The notes beneath the pieces were generated by a model. The model had not been told where the DNA came from, did not search any database, and saw nothing but the letters and a program-made list of their open reading frames with translations. Both the position numbers and the translations under genes were made by a program. A stretch of 64,000 nt of DNA, taken from a bacterium (GTDB lineage: Bacteria > Patescibacteriota > CPR2 > UBA1875 > CAIMLA01). The stretch spans positions 66,334 to 130,333 of the forward strand of contig JBAXUE010000002.1 in NCBI GenBank assembly GCA_037129835.1, read 5' to 3'. Numbering within the stretch: the first letter of the stretch is position 1; each line of letters starts with the position of its first letter. Shown piece by piece: positions 1 through 9,287 of this stretch.

Positions 1-953
1 GTAGCATTGTAATTCTTCTTTTGGTTTTTGTACCGGGACTTAAGTTTTCTCATAATGGTGCCTCGCGATGGATTAATATTTTTGGGATTCAGTTTCAGCC
101 TTCAGAACTGATGAAAATTAGTATGATTATATTTTTAGCGAGCTGGCTCGAAAAAAGAAAAAATGAAATCGGAGATTTTCAAAAAGTGGTAGTACCATTT
201 GCCGGTATCGTTATTTTAGTACTCGGCCTGATATTAATCGAACCAGATATGGGAACAGCTACGGTTCTTGCGCTTACAGCAGGGGTAATGTTTTTTGTAG
301 CTGGGTCCAAAATGTCACATGTTTTCGCAGCAGTGGGTACCGCTATCGGAGGAGTAATTGTTTTAATAGCTGCCGCTCCCTATAGAATGGCCAGGTTTAC
401 TATCTTCTTAAACCCTACAGCAGATAAGTCTGGTAGTGGTTATCAAATTTCGCAAGCGCTGGTGGCAATTGGAAGTGGCGGTTTGTTTGGGCTTGGGTTC
501 GGCAGAAGTCGACAAAAATTCAATTATTTACCCGAGGCAGCTACAGATTCGATTTTTGCTGTTATCGCTGAAGAGCTTGGACTAATCATTTCCTGCGCCA
601 TCGTCTTTGTTTTTTTGCTTTTTGGCCTTCGTGGTTATAAAATATCTAGGGGAGCACCTGATATGTTTTCCAGGTTGGTAGCTACGGGGATAACTACTTG
701 GATTATTTCTCAGGCATTTATTAATATTTTAGCGATATTAAGCCTAATGCCCCTTACTGGGGTGCCTTTGCCATTTTTTAGTTATGGCGGCACATCATTA
801 ATGATGATTTTGGCTAGTTGTGGAATATTATTAAATATATCAAAATCTGCAAATCAAGGAGGAAGCGATGAGAATAATAGTATCGGGCGGTGGAACTGGC
901 GGACATATTTCCCCAGTTTTAGCAGTAATAGGCGAATTACAAAAAAAAGATAG
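1..953 (+). CDS. ftsW: Cell division/peptidoglycan polymerase FtsW/RodA (SEDS family), 5'-truncated by window edge
   Basis: Open frame continues upstream of position 21 to the window start. Multi-TM protein with a SEDS-type C-terminal region (…GVPLPFFSYGGTSL…). Lies immediately upstream of murG in the classic dcw order. Confidence 0.8.
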   Translation, partial: SIVILLLVFVPGLKFSHNGASRWINIFGIQFQPSELMKISMIIFLASWLEKRKNEIGDFQKVVVPFAGIVILVLGLILIEPDMGTATVLALTAGVMFFVAGSKMSHVFAAVGTAIGGVIVLIAAAPYRMARFTIFLNPTADKSGSGYQISQALVAIGSGGLFGLGFGRSRQKFNYLPEAATDSIFAVIAEELGLIISCAIVFVFLLFGLRGYKISRGAPDMFSRLVATGITTWIISQAFINILAILSLMPLTGVPLPFFSYGGTSLMMILASCGILLNISKSANQGGSDENNSIGRWNWRTYFPSFSSNRRITKKR

Positions 954-2058
954 TTCAGTTGAAGTTTTATATATTGGTTCTTCGGAGGGGCTAGAGAGCA
1001 AGATTATCCCTCAAACTGGAATTAAATTTGTCGAAATTCATTCAGGTAAATTTCGTCGATATCACAAAAATAAAATATTAAATATTATTGATCCCACTAC
1101 TATTTATAAGAATTTTGTAGATCTTATCAAATTCAGTAGAGGTTACTTCGAGGCTAAAGAAATTATTTCAGAATATGATCCAGATGTTGTTTTTTGCAAA
1201 GGGGGATACGTTAGTTTCCCAGTCGGACTGGCGGCTTCTTCATTGAAATACCCTCTCGTTATCCATGAATCTGACAGTATTATGGGTATGGCAAATAAGG
1301 CGCTAGCTAAAAGGGCAGACAAGGTTTGCGTTTCATATCCGCTCAAAAACTTCACTGATGTTCCAAAAGATAAACTTGTTTATTCTGGTAATCCAGTCAG
1401 AGGAGATATTTTCGAGGGAGATAGAGGTAAGGCTGTAGAGGAATTTAGCCTTGTAAGGACGCTTCCGACACTTTTAATAATTGGGGGTAGCCAAGGTTCT
1501 CTGGTTATTAATCAAGTCGTTTCTGAGGCGCTTAGGAGTTTATTGAAAAGATATCAAATTATTCACGTATCGGGGGAAAGAGATTACGATTGGCTGAGTT
1601 TTCAAGCCGGCAAGCTACCAGAGGATGTAAAGGCGAACTATCATTTATATAATTTTCTTTCTGGAAGTCTCAAGCACGCATACAAAGTATCTGATTTGGT
1701 TATTTCTCGGGCGGGTAATAACGTGATTTCCGAACTTGCAGTACTTGGTAAGCCAACTATCTTAATTCCACTTCAGTCCTCTGCTAATGACCATCAGGTT
1801 TCAAATGCAAAGATTCTTTCTAGAATGGGTGCTGCTATGTTGGTCAAGCAGGACAGCCTAACAGCCCAATCGCTTGAGCGGAAAATAAATTATTTATTTG
1901 ATAATAAGGAAGAGCTAGATGGACTTGCTAGGAAAATTTCGGAATTATCAGCACCCGAAGCTTCTAAAATAGTAGCAGATATTATTAACGAAGAAGGAAA
2001 TAAGTTTATTCAAGAAACAAGCTATGAAGAAAATGAAAATAAGTCAGAGGAGAAATAA
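868..2058 (+). CDS. murG: UDP-GlcNAc--undecaprenyl-PP-MurNAc-pentapeptide GlcNAc transferase MurG, with acidic C-terminal tail
   Basis: N-terminal GGTGGHI glycosyltransferase-28 motif. Perfect SD AAGGAGG 5 nt before the ATG. 396 aa, ending in an E/N/K-rich extension. Confidence 0.9.
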   Translation: MRIIVSGGGTGGHISPVLAVIGELQKKDSSVEVLYIGSSEGLESKIIPQTGIKFVEIHSGKFRRYHKNKILNIIDPTTIYKNFVDLIKFSRGYFEAKEIISEYDPDVVFCKGGYVSFPVGLAASSLKYPLVIHESDSIMGMANKALAKRADKVCVSYPLKNFTDVPKDKLVYSGNPVRGDIFEGDRGKAVEEFSLVRTLPTLLIIGGSQGSLVINQVVSEALRSLLKRYQIIHVSGERDYDWLSFQAGKLPEDVKANYHLYNFLSGSLKHAYKVSDLVISRAGNNVISELAVLGKPTILIPLQSSANDHQVSNAKILSRMGAAMLVKQDSLTAQSLERKINYLFDNKEELDGLARKISELSAPEASKIVADIINEEGNKFIQETSYEENENKSEEK

Positions 2059-2845
2059 TTCACGAAATATTCGAAGGGCTGTTCGTCAACCTTCTCTATA
2101 TTCAAGGACAGAAGAGCCAGCTCCTAAGCCATTCTCTTTCCGTTGGATAATTATCTTCGTTATTTTGTTGTTAATAACTGGGATTATATTTTTAGTATTT
2201 ATTTCTGACGTATTTAGGGTTAATAATGTGGTTTTTTCTCCTACGAAATACATTAGTAGGGAAGAGTTGGAAAAAACTAAGAATAATAATCAGACACTTT
2301 TTGATAATAATATTATTTCTTTTGGCTTTTTTGGTCTGGCGGGAAAGCTTGAGAAAGTGACTGGAGTTTCTAAAATTTCTGTTATTAGAAAAAGCAACCA
2401 TGACATCTATGTAAATATAAAGGAAGAATATCCTCTCTTGGTTTGGCAGACGATGAATAAAAAATATTTGGTCAATAACGATGGAATTATCTGGGCTAAT
2501 TTTGAAGATAAATATGCCAGTGTCCCGATTATAATTGATACCAAGAATGTACCCGTAGAACTGAACTCAAAGGTAATTCCGGGTACCTTTATCTCTTTTA
2601 TTACTGAACTACAGAATAATTTTCCAAAGAAAACCGCTAATACAATTATAAAAATGGAAGTTTTGGATATAATCAGCGATCTTAGGGTCACTACCAAAGC
2701 TGGCTGGTGCGTTTATTTTGATACATCGAGAACTGCCGGTAACCAGATCATAAGCTTGGGCAGAGTTCTAACCGAAGTCGCTGCTAAAAAGCAACCACTT
2801 GAATATGTCGATCTTCGGGTCAGAGACAGAATATTTTATAAGTAG
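2024..2845 (+). CDS. ftsQ: Cell division protein FtsQ/DivIB-like (basic N-terminus, single TM, POTRA-like region)
   Basis: Basic cytoplasmic N-terminus, one TM helix, then an extracytoplasmic domain. Positioned directly after murG as in dcw clusters. Confidence 0.65.
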   Translation: MKKMKISQRRNNSRNIRRAVRQPSLYSRTEEPAPKPFSFRWIIIFVILLLITGIIFLVFISDVFRVNNVVFSPTKYISREELEKTKNNNQTLFDNNIISFGFFGLAGKLEKVTGVSKISVIRKSNHDIYVNIKEEYPLLVWQTMNKKYLVNNDGIIWANFEDKYASVPIIIDTKNVPVELNSKVIPGTFISFITELQNNFPKKTANTIIKMEVLDIISDLRVTTKAGWCVYFDTSRTAGNQIISLGRVLTEVAAKKQPLEYVDLRVRDRIFYK

Positions 2846-2889
2846 GTTCGATGCTCGCTTCGGGGGAGAGGACCACAATATTTGTATAA

Positions 2890-2913
2890 TAATTTATTAA
2901 TATTAATAAATTA
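2890..2913. repeat. 24-bp perfect AT-only palindrome (TAATTTATTAAT|ATTAATAAATTA)
   Basis: Verified base by base: every position from 2890-2913 pairs with its mirror partner. Confidence 0.6.
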
Positions 2914-2954
2914 ACTTCTAGGTATAAACGTATAAATGCCATAATGTTAATTTA

Positions 2955-2994
2955 ACTAATTATTTGATAATAATACAATTATCAAATAATTAGT
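2955..2994. repeat. Inverted repeat with 17-bp perfect arms and 6-nt spacer (AACTAATTATTTGATAAT-aataca-ATTATCAAATAATTAGT)
   Basis: Arms 2955-2971 and 2978-2994 are exact reverse complements. Sits in the convergent intergenic gap and abuts the dif-like site. Confidence 0.6.
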
Positions 2995-2999
2995 ATTTT

Positions 3000-3028
3000 A
3001 CAGTTCAAATAATATATTATGTTAAACT
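3000..3028. other. dif: Candidate dif site (Xer recombinase target) at a replication-terminus-like strand switch
   Basis: ACAGTTCAAAT-AATATA-TTATGTTAAAC. The right arm matches the E. coli XerD arm TTATGTTAAAT at 10 of 11 positions. The AT central hexamer and A-rich left arm resemble the B. subtilis dif ACTTCCTAGAATATATATTATGTAAACT. It lies exactly where + strand genes meet - strand genes. Confidence 0.5.
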
Positions 3029-3456
3029 ATACATTTAACAATTTACTTGCAAAGAAAACTCCAGCCACATACTGCAGAGCTATTACAGATACAGAATAAC
3101 TTTCTCCAATATTTAGGCTTTGCAAAGATATAAACGATGTATTTTTATCGTTTTCTATGACCACTTACACCCCCAAGTCGATATAATCAAATAGTCGTCC
3201 AAGATATATTGTGCGACACAATGCTTCAAGCAGTTCTGGTAGGTAAGGGTGAGGCTATGGTAGTCATCTAAGTATTTAATTAGGTCGACCCATACCGTTT
3301 AGACTTAGGGCGCAGAGAAAAAAGGGGGAACTTCTTTTACTTTATAATGTAACAATTCTATTGTATTTTGATTAAGTAATTGAGTATTTTAAAAATAATC
3401 CCCCCAAAAAAAATTGGATATAATTTGTAATCATAAACGATAACTTAATATATTAA

Positions 3457-6453
3457 TTAAAACCGGATTTCTTCGCCTGGCTTTATCTCTTTAGTACTAC
3501 TGATGATTATTTTTTCATGTGGAAGTATCGTGGTTATGTCTTTAAAGTCACTAGGAGCTATCTCTCGTTGCTTTTTGTCGCTATGAGTACTGTTTGTATG
3601 TATTGTACTCGGTTTCGCCACTGTGACGATGATTTCTTTTATCTCAGTCTTTGTCTCCAATTTTGGTTTTTCAATGGGGGAATCCAGCTTCTTGGGTTCT
3701 ATATTTTTTGTATTTTCGGTAATTGCCTGTTTTAACTTATCTGCCAGCTGAGTGTTATCGTTTTTTACTTCACTCTTTCCCCTATTTAAATTTGAATTAG
3801 AACGAGAATTTGTGTTCTTTTCTTTATTGTTACTATTAAATTTGTTTTTACTTCTCTCATTATTGTCGTTATGATCATTACTACTATTATTGGAAATATT
3901 GGTATTACCGCTAGCGCTAGGTTTTTCTTTATCTGGTTGCGGAGTAACCATTTCTTTGTTAGCAGGTGGAATGTAATTAGGATTTGTAATAGGTCTATCG
4001 CCTTCGTTGGCATTCACGCCAGCGATTACCGAATCGATATTGTACCATTTCCGAATATCGTCTTCTACTTTCTTTTTTGGAGTACCGTATTTTTTTCGCG
4101 AAATAGCAATTACTATGCTCGTTAGATCTTCCGTTGGCTCTGCAGAGGGAATACTTTTTGCTGAGAATGGTGAGCTATTTACTCCATTTACTGGCATATT
4201 AAGGTATAAATGCCGATTGTCTAGATTGATAAGGTCATTCTGTGAAAATATAGGCTCAAATTCTTTTTCTAGAAAGCTAGCATCTGTTGCGCCCACCCTA
4301 AATGATATCAGAGTACCTACGTTGCCAAATACCGCGTCTCTAACCTCTTCCTCCATCTGTGCAACGTATTGGTTGGCCACAGCTAGGGAAAGATGGTATT
4401 TTCGGGCTTCAGAAAGAATGGTTCCAAAGGATTCTGTGGCAAAATTTTGAAACTCATCAACGTAAAGATAGAAGTCTTTCCTCTCTGATTCAGGAATAAA
4501 CGCTCTTTGCATGGCAGCGAGCTGGATTTTTGTGATTATTAATGAGCCAAGAAGTTCTGAGTTTATCTCCCCTATTTTGCCCGTTGATAGATCTACTAGT
4601 AATATTTTTCCCGTATCCATTATTTCTGAAAAGTTAACAGTGCTTTTTGGTTGACCAACAATATTGCGAATAGTTTCTGAAGCTGTAAATTGGCCAACTT
4701 TATTAAGAATAGGCGCTACAGTCTCAGTAGCCATTTTATCATTATAGGTAGAAAACTCTTTGAGCCAGAACATCTGTACTACTGGGTCAGTTACTTGGCT
4801 AACTACATTTTTGCGATAATTTTTATCGGTTAGCATTCTGACAATACCTAGCATAGTAGAGCCCTCAACTTCTGCTAGCGCTAGTACCGTGTGATTTAAG
4901 ACATATTCTAGCCTTGGCCCCCAGGAGAACCCAAACATTCTCTTCAGTACTGATATAAAGCCCTTTGCAGTCTCTTCACGCATTCCAGGGGGGCTTTCCA
5001 GGGGATTAAAACCTAGGGGAAACTCTTTATCAGAGGGGTTAAGATAAATAACATCATCTAGGCGCTCTTTGGGGATAAATTTAAGAATATTATCTATAGC
5101 CTCTCCATGAGGATCAATAAAGGCTACACCCTCCCCTCTTTGGATATCTTGTATCGCTAAACCTTCAAGAAGCCTAGACTTTCCTACTCCAGTTTTCCCG
5201 ATTATGTACATATGTCTTCGTCTATCATCTCTTTTGATCCCGAACAGTTTATCGCTATTTCGGAAAGTTGTAATCGCAAGGGGTGAAATGTCTTTATCGT
5301 TAATGTTTTCATCAGTAATGAAGGGCAAGCTTGATGGTGGTTCGCCTTTTTTCGAAGATGTCCATACGATATTGGGCGTTTCTACCGAAACATGTGGCAA
5401 GTGATATAAACTTGCAAGTTCTTCAATATTAAGATCATAGCCCTTGTCATTAAATAGTCTTGCCCGATAAGCGTTTAAGAATTCTTCACTTGTAAATAAA
5501 CCCTTCCCAGTAAAGCCATTTAAGTTTGTTGTATTAAATTGTTTAAAAGCACCAACAACGGCTTGAATTTTATCGGTAGCCTTTTCTCTGGACTTAGAAA
5601 GATATACAACCCTTATCATGACGCGATACCCGAGTTTGGCGCTCTTGTCTTCAATGGCTGTTAACTCAGTTTCTTCTGCATGAGAAAGTTTAGGCGCCTC
5701 AGGCTTAGCATCTTTTTTAGCTTCTACGGGTGCAACATTGAGCGCATTGAATATAAAATCTAGAGGGAGGGTGCCGGAGTTGGGTTTTATGGTTTTTTTA
5801 GACGCGATATATGAAAGAGCTTTTTTCCTCCAGTCGTCATTTTCTGGTTTTGCGAGTATTTGAATCCAAATTTGTTCATTTGGCTCATTGGTCATAGAAA
5901 GCATGCCCGTAATTCCTGCCAGCGGGTCAACATCAAAGTTCAAAAAAGTTTTTATTGGGTAAATATCATCTTTTGTAAGAAGTAATTCTGTTCCCGCAAT
6001 AGCATCTGGATTTTTATCACCGTCTACATCGGTTGTTTTTGAGTAGTCATTAACCACTGATATTTCCGCAGTCGGATATTGAGCATAGACTTGACCTTCT
6101 ACAAATTCTTTAATCTTCTTGGGCACCCAGATGAAAAATTCTATAGAATTTAACGTAGAGACGATTTCAAGGCTGAAATGTTCTTGTACGGTGGTTCCCT
6201 TTTTTTGTTCGCTTTTTGAATGAAGAATACCGTGTAGGGCTGCGAACATCATTTCTGCTGCCACAGGGCCTTTCTCATTATTTTTAGGTATTTTTATTGA
6301 TAAGACAGTATGTTCAATTTCGTTTACGTATGAAGCTTTTTTAAAATTTTTCCATGAAAAAAATAGAACTAGTGGTACTATAAACCACCAAGTCCAAACT
6401 ACAACACTCCACATTCCTCCAAGTATCGCTAAGCTAAGTTCCTGCAAAAACAT
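3457..6453 (-). CDS. Membrane-anchored P-loop ATPase of the VirB4/TraC-VirD4/TraD (FtsK-HerA) superfamily with disordered N/S/K-rich C-terminal tail
   Basis: N-terminal hydrophobic anchor. Walker A GKTGVGKS is followed by FIDPHGE (compare the TrwB/TraD VIDPxGD). Walker B LYVDEF and an RKYHLSLAVANQ box are present. The last ~170 aa are low-complexity N/S/K-rich. Confidence 0.6.
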   Translation of the reverse strand: MFLQELSLAILGGMWSVVVWTWWFIVPLVLFFSWKNFKKASYVNEIEHTVLSIKIPKNNEKGPVAAEMMFAALHGILHSKSEQKKGTTVQEHFSLEIVSTLNSIEFFIWVPKKIKEFVEGQVYAQYPTAEISVVNDYSKTTDVDGDKNPDAIAGTELLLTKDDIYPIKTFLNFDVDPLAGITGMLSMTNEPNEQIWIQILAKPENDDWRKKALSYIASKKTIKPNSGTLPLDFIFNALNVAPVEAKKDAKPEAPKLSHAEETELTAIEDKSAKLGYRVMIRVVYLSKSREKATDKIQAVVGAFKQFNTTNLNGFTGKGLFTSEEFLNAYRARLFNDKGYDLNIEELASLYHLPHVSVETPNIVWTSSKKGEPPSSLPFITDENINDKDISPLAITTFRNSDKLFGIKRDDRRRHMYIIGKTGVGKSRLLEGLAIQDIQRGEGVAFIDPHGEAIDNILKFIPKERLDDVIYLNPSDKEFPLGFNPLESPPGMREETAKGFISVLKRMFGFSWGPRLEYVLNHTVLALAEVEGSTMLGIVRMLTDKNYRKNVVSQVTDPVVQMFWLKEFSTYNDKMATETVAPILNKVGQFTASETIRNIVGQPKSTVNFSEIMDTGKILLVDLSTGKIGEINSELLGSLIITKIQLAAMQRAFIPESERKDFYLYVDEFQNFATESFGTILSEARKYHLSLAVANQYVAQMEEEVRDAVFGNVGTLISFRVGATDASFLEKEFEPIFSQNDLINLDNRHLYLNMPVNGVNSSPFSAKSIPSAEPTEDLTSIVIAISRKKYGTPKKKVEDDIRKWYNIDSVIAGVNANEGDRPITNPNYIPPANKEMVTPQPDKEKPSASGNTNISNNSSNDHNDNNERSKNKFNSNNKEKNTNSRSNSNLNRGKSEVKNDNTQLADKLKQAITENTKNIEPKKLDSPIEKPKLETKTEIKEIIVTVAKPSTIHTNSTHSDKKQREIAPSDFKDITTILPHEKIIISSTKEIKPGEEIRF

Positions 6454-7553
6454 TATTCCCTCCCGTTAGAAATGGTATAAGTAGCCCGAGATATTCGCCT
6501 AAATCGATCTCTTTGGAGATTGAGTAATATCGTCGTTTCTTTTACAACCCTTCGTTTCAATACCTCTATTATAATATCGTCTTTATGCATAGGTTCGCCA
6601 GATGTAATTAATATTTCTGCTATTACATCCTCTACCACGCCAGAAGTATAACCCCACTCCTTGAGCGCATAGATACCTCGACCGATTAAAATAAATCTGT
6701 CATCACGTATAAGTTCATTGTGTACGGCTTGTCTGGTAACGGTTTTTTTCTTAGTTCCAACATCTTGAATCTTTTTTGATATTTCAGAATAATGAAGAGG
6801 TTTTTTGTGTTTCTTTAAGATGTAATATGTTTTATCCTTAATACTTTTAGGATTAATTTCACGCCATTTGGTAAGGCCGAAGTGTCCTGCTTCGGTTTTG
6901 ATGATTTCCTTAGCGGTCGATAATATCGCGATAATATTTTTAGTATCTGTATTTGCTTCAGGGATAGTCATTTTTATTTCTCGTATAAGCTTTACTTCTT
7001 CTATGGGATTTTGTTCTTTTTCGAGGATACTAATAGCTGCAGCACTAATCGTTTTAATTAAGGGTATTGTAATTGGTTCGACAAAATACGATTTTTTAAA
7101 GTTATCAGCGTCAGAGAGCGTTGAGATGTTGTTACTGCAAGAGATCAAAAAACTTAGTTGATATCGTTGTTTTGTAGTAACCACAGCGGTGAAAATATCC
7201 TTTTCTAGGTCGCCAGAAACGATGATGCCACCGTTATTGATTATAATATCTTTAATGATTATATATATTTCTTGAGCTCGCATGTCGGTTTTGCCGAAGT
7301 CGCGAAGCTTACCAATGGCGTTCTTCTCTATTTGTCGTACGCGTTCCCTAGTAATGCCTAGACTCTTACCTATTTCTTCGAGAGTTTTTGGTTTTAGGCC
7401 ATCAACACCAAAGCGTTCGCTCAACACTTGTCTTTCGCGATCTTTTTTTATTTTTGCAGAATTCAAAAAAAAATTAACCTCGTCTGTTGCATTAAATTTT
7501 GCAACCGAAGGTATCTCTACTGTATTCGTGTTTTTTTCTTGTTTTCTAGGCAT
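6453..7553 (-). CDS. Sigma-70 region-4 HTH plus C-terminal HARE-HTH domain protein (sigma-factor-like DNA-binding regulator)
   Basis: LSERFG…[28 protein letters not shown] matches sigma region 4.2. C-terminal YSEISKKIQ…[17 protein letters not shown] matches the HARE-HTH of the RNAP delta subunit. Its stop overlaps the start of the downstream ATPase. Confidence 0.55.
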   Translation of the reverse strand: MPRKQEKNTNTVEIPSVAKFNATDEVNFFLNSAKIKKDRERQVLSERFGVDGLKPKTLEEIGKSLGITRERVRQIEKNAIGKLRDFGKTDMRAQEIYIIIKDIIINNGGIIVSGDLEKDIFTAVVTTKQRYQLSFLISCSNNISTLSDADNFKKSYFVEPITIPLIKTISAAAISILEKEQNPIEEVKLIREIKMTIPEANTDTKNIIAILSTAKEIIKTEAGHFGLTKWREINPKSIKDKTYYILKKHKKPLHYSEISKKIQDVGTKKKTVTRQAVHNELIRDDRFILIGRGIYALKEWGYTSGVVEDVIAEILITSGEPMHKDDIIIEVLKRRVVKETTILLNLQRDRFRRISRATYTISNGRE

Positions 7554-7613
7554 AATTCGTAATACGATTATAGCATAAAATAGCCTGTTGTGTCAACTTA
7601 TTTGCCTATAGCG

Positions 7614-8462
7614 TTATTTTATGAATATATCTATTAAAGTGCCCGCAACGGTGCTGATAACCACCAGAATCAGGGCTATTTGTGCGAGATTTTTCCACTT
7701 AATGCCTCTAGCTGCTAGAACGACGAAGACCTCTCCACCAGCGGCAGAAAGTCCAGCTACTACGGCGCCAAAGGTAATGATTTTTTCAATATATAGAGTC
7801 GCTATCGCTATAGAGGTGCCACAACCTGGTATCAACCCCACTAATGACGCAAGGAAAGGCTGTAGCCATAAAATATTCGCAAAAAAGTCGTTTAAAAAAG
7901 TCATTGTATAGGTGTCTTGAATATAATTAAAAATAGCAAGCGTGATAAATACAATAAAGACCACTCGGATAGCATGTTTGATGGCATGTATGATCTCGCC
8001 TTTCAGGCCATCATGGTGCGGATGTTGTGCGCAACAAAACTCTATTTCTTTTTCAATTTTGGTTCTGCGTATCTTAAATCCAGGGAAGAAGTCTACTAGG
8101 TAGCCAGCCGTTATGGCTATAATTAGCTTAGCCAGTAAAATCGGTATAAACTTTTCTATCCCAAGCGGTATAAATACATATATCGCTTCGTCAGAGATAG
8201 CAATAATCGCGGCTACCAAGGTTCCTAGGGTCGCTATCCCTTCCGTAAACAATATCGCTATTACAACAGCTACATTACATCCGGGAAGCATTCCGAAAAG
8301 TGCAGCGAACAGAGGCATCATTTTCTTGGATTTTTCGAGTTTATGTTCAACCTTATGTCCGTATCGATGATTAAAATAATCAACAATCACAAAGATAGGC
8401 AGGATTATTACTCCTACTCTTAGCGCAGTTTTTGCTGCTTCTATTATTGGTTCCCAATTCAT
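7614..8462 (-). CDS. Polytopic inner-membrane protein with internally duplicated halves, each carrying a PGC motif (putative small-solute or metal exporter)
   Basis: About 8 predicted TM helices. Two LPGCN/IPGCG motifs sit in equivalent positions of the N- and C-terminal halves. No confident family assignment. Confidence 0.45.
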   Translation of the reverse strand: MNWEPIIEAAKTALRVGVIILPIFVIVDYFNHRYGHKVEHKLEKSKKMMPLFAALFGMLPGCNVAVVIAILFTEGIATLGTLVAAIIAISDEAIYVFIPLGIEKFIPILLAKLIIAITAGYLVDFFPGFKIRRTKIEKEIEFCCAQHPHHDGLKGEIIHAIKHAIRVVFIVFITLAIFNYIQDTYTMTFLNDFFANILWLQPFLASLVGLIPGCGTSIAIATLYIEKIITFGAVVAGLSAAGGEVFVVLAARGIKWKNLAQIALILVVISTVAGTLIDIFIK

Positions 8463-8477
8463 TAGGTTATTTTACCA

Positions 8478-9287
8478 CTATTTAAACAATCTTTTATAAT
8501 TTAGCCAGCTAGAAAGTTCGCTTTCATTTTGAATGTATCCACGATATTCTATATTTTCTCCGAGATGTATGCCTAGGTGCAGGTGTTTTCTCTCCCCCCC
8601 ACTATTAGTACTGTAGGCTGGTGCCAAATTTGCTATTAAACTTTTTTTGTTTAAAATGTCGTTAACTTTTAGGTTTGATGAAGCAATATCAAGATGACCG
8701 TAAAGCACGGTTACTACTTGTTCTCCCACGTTGCAATCTTGGATAACAGCTCCTCCATATCCTTCTATTGGTCCGATTAGACGTATTTTTCCGTTACATA
8801 TTGCGGTTATTGGCACCGCGATATCTGCCTCATTAGATAGCGTTTCAAAATCAATGCCGGTATGAAATCCTATAAAATTCTCGGGCTGTATTGGTGATTC
8901 AGTAGGCGTGACATAGATTCCAAAAGGTTTTTTTGTTATTCTGGATAAAGAATTTGAGATGGGTTCGCCTAATGTCCCTATATTCGATGTCGTCGTCGGT
9001 ATTGGTGTAGGCGTTGGCGTTAACATCGGCGTCACACTAGGAGAAGATTTTGCATTAATGCTTCGTTGTAAATATACCCTACCTTTTACGACGCATTTTC
9101 GTGGATTGCTCATCTGAACTGGGATGCCAGCCTTTATACAACTTTCATAACTATTTATTTGGCTTAAGGTAAATTGTTTATATGCGTATACTAGAACAAT
9201 AAATATAATAAAAATTATTAATAATAAAAAATAATATATTCGCTTATTGTGTATCTTAATTCGTAAAAATTTACGTTTCCTATACAT
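8478..9287 (-). CDS. M23 family (LytM-like) peptidoglycan metalloendopeptidase, membrane anchored
   Basis: N-terminal TM helix, T/P-rich linker, then HTGIDF (HxGxD)…YGHL…HLHLGIH (HxH), the M23 zinc-ligand pattern. Confidence 0.7.
   Translation of the reverse strand: MYRKRKFLRIKIHNKRIYYFLLLIIFIIFIVLVYAYKQFTLSQINSYESCIKAGIPVQMSNPRKCVVKGRVYLQRSINAKSSPSVTPMLTPTPTPIPTTTSNIGTLGEPISNSLSRITKKPFGIYVTPTESPIQPENFIGFHTGIDFETLSNEADIAVPITAICNGKIRLIGPIEGYGGAVIQDCNVGEQVVTVLYGHLDIASSNLKVNDILNKKSLIANLAPAYSTNSGGERKHLHLGIHLGENIEYRGYIQNESELSSWLNYKRLFK

Noticed and set aside
21-953. ATG/TTG at position 21 as the true ftsW start
   Set aside because: The frame stays open to position 1, so the gene is truncated by the window edge and the listed start is an artefact.
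1143-1355. Numerous 60-150-aa ORFs antisense to or inside larger genes (for example 1143-1355, 2192-2697, 3517-4450, 6868-7578, 9902-10495, 18089-18838, 40494-43076)
   Set aside because: They are embedded in well-supported longer genes on the opposite strand or frame, have low-complexity composition, and lack SD sites.
3457-6453. FtsK/SpoIIIE assignment for the 998-aa ATPase
   Set aside because: No gamma domain and only a single N-terminal anchor. The Walker-A-proximal DPHGE and the RKY…ANQ box fit VirB4/VirD4-type ATPases better, so it is called only at superfamily level.
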